Positions 1 through 8,885 of a stretch of 27,523 nt of DNA are shown one piece after another. The stretch is taken from NCBI GenBank assembly GCA_030670425.1, contig DAOVBS010000001.1:1-27523 (forward strand), read 5' to 3'. The notes below the pieces were generated by a model that worked only from the letters and a program-made list of their open reading frames with translations, ran no database searches and had not been told where the DNA came from. How positions within the stretch are numbered: the first letter of the stretch is position 1; each line of letters opens with the position of its first letter. This DNA is from Chloroflexota bacterium (GTDB lineage: Bacteria > Chloroflexota > Dehalococcoidia > GIF9 > AB-539-J10). The position numbers and the translations under genes were made by a program.

Positions 1-293
1 ATTGGCAGACCACCGAGAACCACAGTGGGGAAGAAAGGCGATGGTAAGCAAGCTCGCCCCATCTCTTCTAGCAAGACCGAAAGGTCGAGGAAGCTCATGC
101 CGCTGCCTCCGTACGCTTCTGGAAACATGAGGCCCAGCCAGCCCAGAGTCGCCATTTCCTGCCACAGCTCTGTGGAGTAGCCTTTCGCATCTTGCTCCAT
201 CAGCTTGACGAAGCTCTTGGGGCATCTCTCCTCAAGCAATTCACGCGCTGCCTGTTTCAGCATCTCCTGCTCTTCAGAGAGCGCTAGGTTCAC
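1..293 (-). CDS. Acyl-CoA dehydrogenase family protein, N-terminal part (runs off the window); likely the partner subunit of the adjacent ACAD
   Basis: Not in the ORF track. Read manually from GTG at 293 with AGGAGG about 7 nt upstream: MNLALSEEQEMLKQAARELLEERCPKSFVKLMEQDAKGYSTELWQEMATLGWLGLMFPEAYGGSGMSFLDLSVLLEEMGRACLPSPF, a typical ACAD N-terminus. Confidence 0.9.
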   Translation of the reverse strand, partial: MNLALSEEQEMLKQAARELLEERCPKSFVKLMEQDAKGYSTELWQEMATLGWLGLMFPEAYGGSGMSFLDLSVLLEEMGRACLPSPFFPTVVLGGLP

Positions 294-324
294 TCTATCC
301 TCCTAGTCAAGTGGCTCCTTCTTC

Positions 325-1497
325 CTAATCAGTGGGCAGTCCCAGGCCTCTGGTAGCTATGATGTTCTTCAGGATTTCCCTGCTACCTGCCTGAAGGCTG
401 TACCCCTTGGAACCCAAGTATGAGTGGGATGCCAGGCCTTCAAACGGAGCGTACTTGGAACCAGCCTGCAGCACGCCGTACGGGCCGAGAATTTCCATTG
501 CTGTGTTAGCCAGACGCTGCTCGAAGGCGGTGGCATAGGACTTGGACACGGCGGCTTCCACCGTCGGGGGGCGTCCTTCATCCATCACCGTGGCGACTTT
601 GTACATGAGGAGTCTTCCCACCTCAAATTCAACCTGAAGCTGTGCCAATTTATGTCGGACTATGGCATCCTGCGACAACGCTCTTCCATCGCATTCTGTC
701 TCCTTGACGAATGTGATGATGGCGTCAAATAGAGCGTAGTTTCCCATCAGTCTTTCCATGCCGCCTCTCTCGTAGGCGAGTTGCTCTATGACTTGGTAGA
801 AACCCCTGTTCTTCTCTCCTATCATGCATCTCTTTGGCACTCGAACGTTATCGAAGAAAACATCGTTCCAAGCCTCTGTGCCAGTGATATCAATCATGGG
901 GATACGGGAGATTCCGGGAAGGTCCATAGGAACGAGGAACTCGCTTATGCCTCTATGCTTGGGAGCGTCCATATCGGTCCTTGCGAACAGGTCAATATGC
1001 TTGATGAACGAGGCGCCGCTGGTCCATGTCTTCTGCCCGTTAATCACGTACGCATCACCATCCTCAGTAGCTCTTGTCTTGAGGGAAGCCAAGTCCGAAC
1101 CGGATTCTGGCTCACTCATCCCCAGCCCAACGTACAATTCCCCTGCCATGATCTTGGGTAGGAATTCCCGTTTCTGTTCCTCAGATCCATAGTTGAGTAT
1201 CGAGCCACCTATTTGCCGGTCGGTGAACCAGTGACAGGCAGCGGGCGCTCCGTAGCGCAACATTTCCTCGGTGACTACCAAACGGTCGATGAAGCTACGT
1301 TCCTGCCCCCCATATTCCTTGGGCCAAGTTAGCCCAATCCAGCCTCTCTGCGCTACCCTCTTGGTGAATGCTGGGTCATACCCCTGTATCCAAGCATCAC
1401 AGCCTGGCTTCCACAGCCCTCTTGTTATCTCACCTTCCAGGAAGTTGCGTACTTCTTGCCTCAGCGTGTTCTGCTCTTCACTGAAACCGAAATCCAT
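325..1497 (-). CDS. Acyl-CoA dehydrogenase (FadE26/FadE29-like subfamily)
   Basis: 390 aa with ACAD motifs MDFGFSEEQ, GWIGLTWPKEYGG, MSEPESGSDLASL, INGQKTWTS, LAYERGG (candidate catalytic Glu) and AGSREILKNIIA. Confidence 0.93.
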   Translation of the reverse strand: MDFGFSEEQNTLRQEVRNFLEGEITRGLWKPGCDAWIQGYDPAFTKRVAQRGWIGLTWPKEYGGQERSFIDRLVVTEEMLRYGAPAACHWFTDRQIGGSILNYGSEEQKREFLPKIMAGELYVGLGMSEPESGSDLASLKTRATEDGDAYVINGQKTWTSGASFIKHIDLFARTDMDAPKHRGISEFLVPMDLPGISRIPMIDITGTEAWNDVFFDNVRVPKRCMIGEKNRGFYQVIEQLAYERGGMERLMGNYALFDAIITFVKETECDGRALSQDAIVRHKLAQLQVEFEVGRLLMYKVATVMDEGRPPTVEAAVSKSYATAFEQRLANTAMEILGPYGVLQAGSKYAPFEGLASHSYLGSKGYSLQAGSREILKNIIATRGLGLPTD

Positions 1498-1506
1498 ATA
1501 ACTCTC

Positions 1507-3078
1507 TCAGAGGTTGATATTAGAGTACTTCCGCCAGCGCGTCGTTACGGACTTCTTCGCCAGGACATCCAGGGCACGGTTTATGCATTTCCTGGTGGCG
1601 CGCGGCGCGATGATGTCGTCGATATAACCTCGCTCCGCAGCAGGATATGGGCGCTCGTACAGTTCCGAGTACTCCTTTATCTTCTTTGCCTTCTCCTCTT
1701 CGGGGTTCTCCGCCTCTCTGATATCTCGGGCAAATATGACGCTGGCAGCAGTCTCTGCCCCTACGATGGAGACCCGGGCGGTAGGCCACGCGAACACGAA
1801 ATCAGCGCCAATAGACTTGTCCAGCATGCCGTAATGAGCGCCGGCATAGGATTTTCGGACTATTATAGAGATCAGCGGTACAGTGGCATCGGCCCACGAG
1901 TAGAGCAGCTTGGCACCATGACGCAATATGCCTGCCCAGTCTTGCTGGGAGCCTATCATGTAGCCAGGGCAATCTGTAAGGGAGATGAGGGGAATGTTGA
2001 AGAGGTCGCAGGACCGAATGAATCTGGCTAGTTTATCGCAGGCATTTATATCCAGAACCCCTGCCTTGACTCCAGGCTGGTTGGAGACTATGCCGACGGG
2101 ACGCCCATTCATGCGGGCAAAGCCGCATATCGCGTTTGAAGCGTAGCACTTGAGTATCTCGAGGAAATGCCCTTCGTCCACAACGCTCTTGATGATTTCG
2201 TACATATCGTACGGCTTCGCTGGATCGTCAGGGATGATGGTATCGAATTCAGCGATCTCCCTTTCGGGGCTATCGTCGGTGTCGATTCGTGGCGGCTGCT
2301 CCTGATTGTTGGAGGGGAAGAAGGAGAGAAGCTCCTTGCATCTATCCAGACAATCCCTGTCGTCTTCGGCCACTATGTGTGTCTGTCCGGACTTGATGGC
2401 ATGGCTCCTCCAGCCACTGAGTTCTTCGAGGCTGATCTCTTCTCCGATTTGCGTTTTCACGAAGGCAGGGCCGGCAATGCCCATGAAGCCTGTTTGCCTT
2501 GCCTGGATGACGAAATCCATCATCACCGGATGGTATGCTTGCCCTCCCAAGCAAGGGCCCATCAGCAGAGATATCTGAGGGATTATTCCAGAGGCTTCTA
2601 TCTGGGATCTGAACGTCCAGCCGTAGGATTCCAGAGTGTCCATGCCTTCGTGCAGTCGTGCGCCCGCTGAGTCGTTCATGGTTACGAATGGCCAGCCCTT
2701 TTCCTTGGCAAACCTGATGGCGGAGGCGAGCTTCTTGCCATGGTATTCGCCGAAAGTCCCCATCATGGCGGTGTAGTCCTCAGCACCGGCAACCACACAT
2801 CTTCCGCTCACCTTGCCGAATCCAGTGACAATTCCCTCAGCAGGCACCTCTCGTTCGTCCATTCCGAAAGCGGTGGTTCTGTGCTTAACCCACAATCCCA
2901 GCTCAGTGAAAGTACCGGAGTCGAAGAAGTAGTCTATCCTTTCGCGTGCAGACATCTGTCCCTTCTTGTGGCGCTCCTCGATGGCCTTGGGACTTCCCAT
3001 CTGCAGAAGGTGCCTTCTGGCGCGTTCCCACTGCTCGATTCTCTGTGCTGTTGTGCCTCCGGTTGCGTTGCTCATCAT
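1507..3078 (-). CDS. Acyl-CoA carboxylase/decarboxylase carboxyltransferase subunit (PccB/MmdA-like)
   Basis: 523 aa with SARERIDYFFD, NDSAGARLHEG, IPQISLLMGPCLGG, FARMNGRPVGIVSNQP, DCPGYMIG and RKSYAGA, forming a double crotonase-fold CT. The start is 3078 or 3075. Confidence 0.92.
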   Translation of the reverse strand: MMSNATGGTTAQRIEQWERARRHLLQMGSPKAIEERHKKGQMSARERIDYFFDSGTFTELGLWVKHRTTAFGMDEREVPAEGIVTGFGKVSGRCVVAGAEDYTAMMGTFGEYHGKKLASAIRFAKEKGWPFVTMNDSAGARLHEGMDTLESYGWTFRSQIEASGIIPQISLLMGPCLGGQAYHPVMMDFVIQARQTGFMGIAGPAFVKTQIGEEISLEELSGWRSHAIKSGQTHIVAEDDRDCLDRCKELLSFFPSNNQEQPPRIDTDDSPEREIAEFDTIIPDDPAKPYDMYEIIKSVVDEGHFLEILKCYASNAICGFARMNGRPVGIVSNQPGVKAGVLDINACDKLARFIRSCDLFNIPLISLTDCPGYMIGSQQDWAGILRHGAKLLYSWADATVPLISIIVRKSYAGAHYGMLDKSIGADFVFAWPTARVSIVGAETAASVIFARDIREAENPEEEKAKKIKEYSELYERPYPAAERGYIDDIIAPRATRKCINRALDVLAKKSVTTRWRKYSNINL

Positions 3079-3184
3079 TCGACTCTCTTTCCCCGGTCGA
3101 TCGCTGCTAATCTGGGGGTTGTGTGAATATCTGTGCCTCTGACGGTGCAGACAGCTCTCTCATGGCGTCACGAAAGGCCATATA

Positions 3185-3213
3185 TCTATAGCACAGGATG
3201 GCGGCAAATTCAA
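3185..3213 (-). promoter_or_regulatory. Sigma70-type promoter of the carboxyltransferase/ACAD operon
   Basis: Minus strand reads TTGAAT (3213-3208), a 17-nt spacer, then TGc-TATAGA (3190-3185), about 100 nt upstream of the start codon. Confidence 0.6.
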
Positions 3214-3351
3214 TATAGCTGGCGGGACCGCCAATCACGTGGCCTACGCTATCCCGGCCGTTGCGTGATGGAGACCCTTCTGGGGTGACGGGCTCCGGTC
3301 CCACGGTACCCGCTCGAATGACTTGAGATGTGCTGGGCTCGCGGTCAGTCT

Positions 3352-4077
3352 TCAACTGAGGGTGGCAATCTTCACCTTGCCCCAAATGCCGATCCTGTCA
3401 CCCTTGATGACGACTATGCCGCGCAGTTGCTCAATACTCCTGGCCCTGTGGATTGCCTTGGAGATATCATCTGTGTCTCTCACCATGTTGCCAATCGCGG
3501 TGGCTATGGCGTCGGCGAAGGCTGCCGAGGGCGAAAGCGCGATGACAGCATCAGCAGTGCCCAGACTCAATGAGTGTCCCACGCTTGCTGAGGAGGTGCA
3601 TATGCCCAAAGGCGTTTCATTGGGCTTGACTTCCAGGGCGATCTTCCCTGTGAAAGGCGATTGGCCGGCATAGACGCCCACGAGCCTCATCTTCAGTATT
3701 CTGAGAAAGACATCGCCTCCATTCTCCACTATGACCTCTGGCGAGAAAGCGAGCAGGTCCCTCCCTACCGCTTCAGCAATAGCGCCAGCTACCGCTGCCA
3801 TAGGGCCCACCCCAGCCGTCTGTGACGCCTCGGCCATTTCCCTTACGATCGCCGGAGCATCTTCATCGACTTGATACGGCTCCAACGTGGTCAGAAAGAG
3901 GGGATGATGCATGATGTATTGCTCCAGGGGTACACGATGCTTCAGGATGGACTTGATGGCTTTGTCCCTCAGGCTGCGCTGGGCTTGGATATACAAGTCC
4001 GTCTGTTTCACTACCGCGCTGAACGAGACCAGGTCGCTATTCTGAGTCCATTGACGGTAGTATCTCGGCTGGTGCAC
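3352..4077 (-). CDS. UPF0280 / COG2122 ApbE-like protein (MA1715-like, sulfide assimilation)
   Basis: 241 aa with VGPMAAVAGAIAE, VIVENGGDVF, GICTSSASVGHSLSLG and ADAIATAIGN, the UPF0280 signatures. It lies next to the COG1900 genes. Confidence 0.88.
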   Translation of the reverse strand: MHQPRYYRQWTQNSDLVSFSAVVKQTDLYIQAQRSLRDKAIKSILKHRVPLEQYIMHHPLFLTTLEPYQVDEDAPAIVREMAEASQTAGVGPMAAVAGAIAEAVGRDLLAFSPEVIVENGGDVFLRILKMRLVGVYAGQSPFTGKIALEVKPNETPLGICTSSASVGHSLSLGTADAVIALSPSAAFADAIATAIGNMVRDTDDISKAIHRARSIEQLRGIVVIKGDRIGIWGKVKIATLS

Positions 4078-4093
4078 GGATTGTCGACCTGTG

Positions 4094-4504
4094 TCAGAAG
4101 TAGACTTTCATGGCCCGGGGCGGACACGCCTTGACGCACAAACCGCAGACAACGCACTTGTCTTGGTCAAAGAGCACCCTTCTCGTTCTTGGCTCCAGGG
4201 TGAAGGCACCGGTGGGGCAGACGGTGATACAGGCACCGCAATGCGTACATCTGGCTTCATCGCGGATCACATCCTGGCTTAGCGACTGGATTATTATCCC
4301 TGTATCAGTGAGGTATCGGATGCCTTTGTCGTAGTCCTGCTTCTCGCCGCTCAGCTCTAGCACCAGCAAGCCTTCCTGCCCTGGTGATACCGACGCCTTG
4401 AGAATGTTGAAGCTGAGATTGAAGTCCTTGGCCAGCCGGTATACCACGGGCTGTCCTGTCACGAGGGGGGGGAAGTGAAGCACTATTCTTCTGGAGATGT
4501 TCAT
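4094..4504 (-). CDS. NIL domain plus 2x[4Fe-4S] ferredoxin (aspartate-semialdehyde sulfurtransferase Fe-S partner, MA1822-like)
   Basis: N-terminal NIL-like domain (FNLSFNILKASV) followed by CTHCGACITVCP and CVVCGLCVKACP. It starts 4 nt after the COG1900 gene. Confidence 0.88.
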   Translation of the reverse strand: MNISRRIVLHFPPLVTGQPVVYRLAKDFNLSFNILKASVSPGQEGLLVLELSGEKQDYDKGIRYLTDTGIIIQSLSQDVIRDEARCTHCGACITVCPTGAFTLEPRTRRVLFDQDKCVVCGLCVKACPPRAMKVYF

Positions 4505-4508
4505 CTTC

Positions 4509-5714
4509 TCACTCTATTATCGCTCTTTCAGGAAGAGGCCTGGAGGTCATACCTGACTCTACTCCTGGTAGGGGAGCCGATGGTTCTGTAAGCAGGAACT
4601 CTCCTCTGGCTATCCATTCTCTCAAGGTGTTGGCGATCTCAACCGCCTTGGAGTAACTGGAGAGAGAAGCGGTAGGCACGTCTCTGCCCTGGACTGTTAT
4701 GTGGCCGCTCTTGAGCTGTGCATAGCTGACTTCACCCAGAGTGTCGGGCTTCCTTTGGGGATAGGCTTCAGAGTAGTCAATGATGGGAGCGAAGATGTCC
4801 GCATCTGCCACTGTGGTGTAACGCAGGATTTCTTCAGATACTATGGGTATGGGGATACCTATGCCTACTGTCAGCGTGCAACCGTACCCGAGCATGCTTG
4901 TTCCCACCAGCCATTCCGGGTTCATTTGTTTCAGGTCGCCGATGAGGGCCAGAGTCCCAGCCGGCTCTCTTGGCACGCCATTGTCTCCCCTGGGGGCAAT
5001 GGGGTTGTGCTGCGTGCCATGCCAGGCAACATAGCCAATGCCGCCGCCAAGGAATATCTTGGTGCCTATGCCTATCGTTCTATAGTAAGGATCATTCAGT
5101 AGAGGAGAAAGCTGTCCTGAGGTCGAGTAGTTGGCATTACCTAGCTTGGGCTTCAGCACCCCCATATAGGTATAGATCATCTGCTCTGACAGATTCACGG
5201 CAACGGGGTAGAGCTGATAGGCGTTTCTGACGTTGAACATGGTGGCATTATTGAGGTCTTTGATGTTTATCCACGTTTCCAGCTTCTTCCTGGGATAGCA
5301 ATCCGTGCCGTAGGCGCTGGCTATCAGCCTGATATCTCTTCCTGCCACCAGCTCCTCAATAACGTGTCCGCCCCCGTATCTGAACTCGCCTGGATAGATC
5401 TTATTCTTGGGGTCATCGTCGGGCAAGGCTGTCGCTCCGAGAAAGACGTCTACGGCAGCCAAGCCAGCATAGGCAGGGACATCGTTAAGGTAAACCTTCC
5501 CGCCGAGTTTTATCTTGGGCTTGGAGTGCCCGATGTTCAGGAACACGCCTGAGGAGCACATGGGGCTGAAAGTCCCAGTGGTGACTACGTCAATATCCTT
5601 TGCCGCCTTGGCTATGCCATCTCTCATGACGACGTCGATCACTTCCTCGGCGGTAACCACTACCACCTTACCCTTCTTGATTCTATCGTTGATTTCGGCG
5701 ATTGTTTTTGACAT
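4509..5714 (-). CDS. Homocysteine biosynthesis enzyme, L-aspartate semialdehyde sulfurtransferase (COG1900/DUF39, MA1821/MJ0100-like, without CBS domains)
   Basis: 401 aa with KTIAEINDRI, DVVTTGTFSPMCSSG (Cys53, codon 5556-5558), YGGGHVIEELV, YTYMG, GQLSPLLNDP and TIGIGTKIFLGG. Confidence 0.9.
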   Translation of the reverse strand: MSKTIAEINDRIKKGKVVVVTAEEVIDVVMRDGIAKAAKDIDVVTTGTFSPMCSSGVFLNIGHSKPKIKLGGKVYLNDVPAYAGLAAVDVFLGATALPDDDPKNKIYPGEFRYGGGHVIEELVAGRDIRLIASAYGTDCYPRKKLETWINIKDLNNATMFNVRNAYQLYPVAVNLSEQMIYTYMGVLKPKLGNANYSTSGQLSPLLNDPYYRTIGIGTKIFLGGGIGYVAWHGTQHNPIAPRGDNGVPREPAGTLALIGDLKQMNPEWLVGTSMLGYGCTLTVGIGIPIPIVSEEILRYTTVADADIFAPIIDYSEAYPQRKPDTLGEVSYAQLKSGHITVQGRDVPTASLSSYSKAVEIANTLREWIARGEFLLTEPSAPLPGVESGMTSRPLPERAIIE

Positions 5715-5758
5715 CGTGCAGTCCTGTCCTTGGGGAAGAAGGCTCTCTCGTCAATTTG

Positions 5759-6532
5759 CTATTCGAGCAGTTCCGCGGCTAGCTTGGCTGCCTTCTTGCC
5801 AGATAGCAGCATGCCGCCGAATATTGGCCCCATTCGGGGGGAGCCGAAAACAGCGTTGGCTGACATGCCTGCGACTATCAGACCGGGATAGACCTCCCTG
5901 GTATTCTCAAGCGTTTCCCTTTCGGCTACCTCGGCCCACATCGATTTTTCCCCAGCCATTTTCCCGCTCGGGGTTCTCAGTTCTCCTCTCACCTTCCTGG
6001 TGACTAGCTGGCAGACCTCGGCATCGTGTCCCGTGGCATCTATCACCAGTCTCGATCTTATGGCCAGGGGGTCGATATGCAGGTTCGCCATTTGGACGGG
6101 GCTCCAGTTCAGCACCAACCCACTGACCCTGTCCGCCTCTCTGATGACCACGTCCTCGACGCTGATGAGGTTAAATATGCTAACCCCGGCTTTCATTGCC
6201 CGGGAGCAAAGCGTCGAAGCTACTTCCACAGCGTTGGCTACGTAGTATCCCTTCTGATACCTGACACTGGCGATGCCAAACTCGTCCAGGATCTCTTTAC
6301 CTTCCTCCTGAACCACGATCTTGTTGAACATCATGCCGCCTCCCCATATGCCGCCGCCGACACTTAGCTTCCTCTCGAAGATGGCTACCTTCACGCTTCC
6401 TCTGGCGAGGTAGTAAGCGGCAACCATTCCCGCTGGTCCAGCACCGACGACAGCTACGTCAAGCTCCGTTGCTTCAAGCAGATCCTTCTGGTAGCTTTCG
6501 ATTATGGCTCTGGAGATAACGACTTCATCCAT
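5759..6532 (-). CDS. thi4: Sulfide-dependent adenosine diphosphate thiazole synthase (non-Cys Thi4)
   Basis: 257 aa from ATG 6532 (AAGGAG RBS; the track start at 6574 is over-extended). Motifs [24 protein letters not shown] and [13 protein letters not shown] are present. His (LHIDP, codon 6077-6079) replaces the sacrificial Cys of yeast THI4. Confidence 0.92.
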   Translation of the reverse strand: MDEVVISRAIIESYQKDLLEATELDVAVVGAGPAGMVAAYYLARGSVKVAIFERKLSVGGGIWGGGMMFNKIVVQEEGKEILDEFGIASVRYQKGYYVANAVEVASTLCSRAMKAGVSIFNLISVEDVVIREADRVSGLVLNWSPVQMANLHIDPLAIRSRLVIDATGHDAEVCQLVTRKVRGELRTPSGKMAGEKSMWAEVAERETLENTREVYPGLIVAGMSANAVFGSPRMGPIFGGMLLSGKKAAKLAAELLE

Positions 6533-6597
6533 TACTGAACTCCTTTGACTCACCCCACGGCCGGCATCGGGCAACTGCTCCTGGGAATAGGCCGTCT

Positions 6598-6627
6598 ATT
6601 ATACCCTTCTGGATGGATGGTTTTCCA
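6598..6627 (-). promoter_or_regulatory. Probable promoter of the thi4-COG1900 operon
   Basis: Perfect TATAAT at 6603-6598 on the minus strand with only a weak -35 (TGGAAA, 18-nt spacer). The predicted leader is about 60 nt. Confidence 0.45.
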
Positions 6628-6700
6628 GTTACTGTACCCGATCATGTTGTGGGTGTCCTGCTATGTCGTCCTCCCCTGCGAGGAGCCCCCGTTCAGTTTT

Positions 6701-6729
6701 TTGACAGTCCTGCTAGCCAATGCTAATAT
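6701..6729 (+). promoter_or_regulatory. Sigma70-type promoter of the CNNM/hemolysin operon
   Basis: TTGACA (6701-6706), a 17-nt spacer, then TGc-TAATAT (6724-6729). Confidence 0.65.
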
Positions 6730-6818
6730 GATTGCGAACAGTCGGTTCGCGCTTCGTGAACTCGTTGCAAAAAGGTATGGTCAGTGTATTTGGTAGGAGC
6801 CTTGGGGGGTGGTGATAG

Positions 6819-8099
6819 GTGGATGACGCCGATAGTTGGCTTCTGTTAATCTTTCTAGTCTGTCTTGCGCTTTCAGCTTTCTTCTCCAGTGCTGAGTCCG
6901 CGTTCATCTCGCTGCCTAAGCTGCGGGTAAGGTATCTGGTGGAGAGCGGCGTAAAAGGGGCAGGGCAACTGGCCAAGGCTGCTGACAGACCCGAGAGATT
7001 CTTGGCTACTGTTCTGTTGGGCAACAACTTGGCCAATGTGGGGGCTGCCACACTGGGTACTATTATGGCCGTGGCGGCCTTTGGCTTGCCGTGGGGGCCC
7101 GTCGTTGCAACGGTCGCAGTTACGACCCTGGTGTTGGTCTTTGGGGAGATTATCCCCAAGACTGTAGCTGTTCATCATGCCCAGCGGCTGTCTCTTGCCT
7201 ACATCTACCCGTTGAGGTTAGTCGAACTGTGCCTGTACCCTTTTGTTCTGGCGTTGGGTCGTATTGGGCTTGGGTTTACCAGCATAATATCCGAGCCAGT
7301 GGCAGATGCGAAGCTGGTGAGTGAAGGGGAGATACGTTCTGTGATAAGTGTGGGGGAGAGCGAAGGAGTGGTAGAGCAGGGCGAGGCCGAGATGTTGCAC
7401 AAGGTGTTTGAGTTCACTGACCGTCCGGTAAGCAAGATAACAGTCCCCAGAACGGAGATAGCCTGGGTGGAGCAAGGGACGACTCTGAATGACTTCCTGG
7501 ACATATTTGCTGAGAGGCCCTACAGTCGGTTCCCTGTCTATAAGGACAATATGGACAACGTGGTAGGTATCCTGTTTGCCAAGGACGTGCTGATGAAGTT
7601 GGCAGAGGACTCCACAATTGAGGAGGCTGTCATCGATGCTTTGATTCGCCCTGCTTACTTCGTGCCAAATAGCAAGCGTTTGGGAAAACTGCTTGCTGAG
7701 ATGAGAGATGGTGGTCACCACATGGCGATCGTTGTGGATGAGTTTGGAGGCATAGCTGGAATGGTGACCTTGGGACAACTGACAGAAGAAGTTGTCGGCG
7801 ATATTAAGGATGAGCTAAGCAGGGAAGAAGAGGATTTTGTGGTGACGGGTGCCAATACCTTTCAGCTGGACGGAGGATTTCGAGTTGAGGAGGCCAACGA
7901 GGAGTTGGGGTTGGATCTGCCTGTCGGCGATTACGAAACAGTGGCTGGGTTTATTCTCAACTATCTTGGGCGAATACCGAGGCAGACTGAACAGCTGAAA
8001 TATCGAGATTTGAAACTTGTCGTAACTGAGATGCGAGGAGTGAAAATAGAGAAGGTGATGGTGACCAAGGAAGGAGGCGGATCCTCTGGGGAATCCTAG
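6819..8099 (+). CDS. Hemolysin/CNNM family protein (DUF21 + 2xCBS + CorC_HlyC), probable Mg2+/Co2+ efflux
   Basis: 426 aa with LSAFFSSAESAF, TVLLGNNLANV, VFGEIIPK, YSRFPVY, AIVVDEFGGIAG and DYETVAG. Confidence 0.92.
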   Translation: MDDADSWLLLIFLVCLALSAFFSSAESAFISLPKLRVRYLVESGVKGAGQLAKAADRPERFLATVLLGNNLANVGAATLGTIMAVAAFGLPWGPVVATVAVTTLVLVFGEIIPKTVAVHHAQRLSLAYIYPLRLVELCLYPFVLALGRIGLGFTSIISEPVADAKLVSEGEIRSVISVGESEGVVEQGEAEMLHKVFEFTDRPVSKITVPRTEIAWVEQGTTLNDFLDIFAERPYSRFPVYKDNMDNVVGILFAKDVLMKLAEDSTIEEAVIDALIRPAYFVPNSKRLGKLLAEMRDGGHHMAIVVDEFGGIAGMVTLGQLTEEVVGDIKDELSREEEDFVVTGANTFQLDGGFRVEEANEELGLDLPVGDYETVAGFILNYLGRIPRQTEQLKYRDLKLVVTEMRGVKIEKVMVTKEGGGSSGES

Positions 8100-8123
8100 A
8101 GGGTTCTTGGGCCAGAAGGACTA

Positions 8124-8780
8124 ATGCAGCGCCTGCGCCTCAGGTTTGGCAGGGGGGAAGAAGTCAGGTTTATCTCTCATCTCGATATAGTGCGTTCCTG
8201 GGAACGTGCGTTCAGAAGAGCGGAAATACCTGTAGCCTATTCCCAGGGACATACTCCCCATCCGCGAATCGCGGTGGCAGCGCCTTTGGCTGTAGGAGTA
8301 ACCAGCGAGGCTGAACTGATGGATGTGTACTTGAGTCGCAAGATGCCTCCTCAAGCTCTTATGATGATGGTGAGGAGCCAGTTGCCTGCCGGGTTTGACG
8401 TGTTTGATGCTTGGGAGGTGGGCCTGGGTATCCCTTCGCTGCAGTCCTGCCTCGCCTATGCTGAATATCTGAGCCAGACAGGCCCAGGACGAAGCGAGCA
8501 GTGGGTGAGAGATGCCATTTCGTCCTTGCTTCAGACGAAAGAACTGCCCTGGCATCATTCTCGAGGGTCGAAAGTACACTACTATGACTTGCGGGCGTTG
8601 ATAGCTGACCTGTGGCTCATTGGCCGCTATGGACGATTGTGTGCCCTGGGCATGAGGCTGCGCTGCGGTGCCGGCGGCAGTGGAAGGCCAGAGCAGGTTG
8701 TGTCGGCCTTGGGTTTCGCCGAATATCCTCGGTCAATCCACCGTACCAGGCTCATCTTGCAAGGAGAACTGGATACATAG
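8124..8780 (+). CDS. TIGR03936 / DUF2344 radical-SAM-associated protein
   Basis: 218 aa with RFISHLD, WERAFRRAEIPVAYSQGHTPHP, LAVGVTSEAE and a C-terminal IHRTRL. Confidence 0.85.
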   Translation: MQRLRLRFGRGEEVRFISHLDIVRSWERAFRRAEIPVAYSQGHTPHPRIAVAAPLAVGVTSEAELMDVYLSRKMPPQALMMMVRSQLPAGFDVFDAWEVGLGIPSLQSCLAYAEYLSQTGPGRSEQWVRDAISSLLQTKELPWHHSRGSKVHYYDLRALIADLWLIGRYGRLCALGMRLRCGAGGSGRPEQVVSALGFAEYPRSIHRTRLILQGELDT

Positions 8781-8885
8781 GCATCTCGAACCGGCGGCAT
8801 GTCTTGTGACCATCAATCCTGTGGATAGCGAGGGAAGGCAACCTGTCATTATGGCGAAAGCAAGGACACTTCGAGGAGGCAGTCT

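Noticed and set aside
1495-1509. Carboxyltransferase TGA stop is in frame with the downstream ACAD ATG (possible read-through or selenocysteine fusion)
   Set aside because: This has a one-in-three chance of occurring. Both proteins have complete normal termini and no SECIS-like hairpin is evident.
3107-3385. 92-aa ORF and GC-rich hairpins (3221-3269) between UPF0280 and the carboxyltransferase
   Set aside because: The ORF has no recognisable motif and spans a good promoter. The hairpin is interrupted, lacks a U-tract and matches no RNA family I recognise.
6533-6700. TPP riboswitch upstream of thi4
   Set aside because: The CTGAGA, CCTGATC and GCGnAGGGA core elements are absent on the minus strand, and the predicted leader of about 60 nt is too short.
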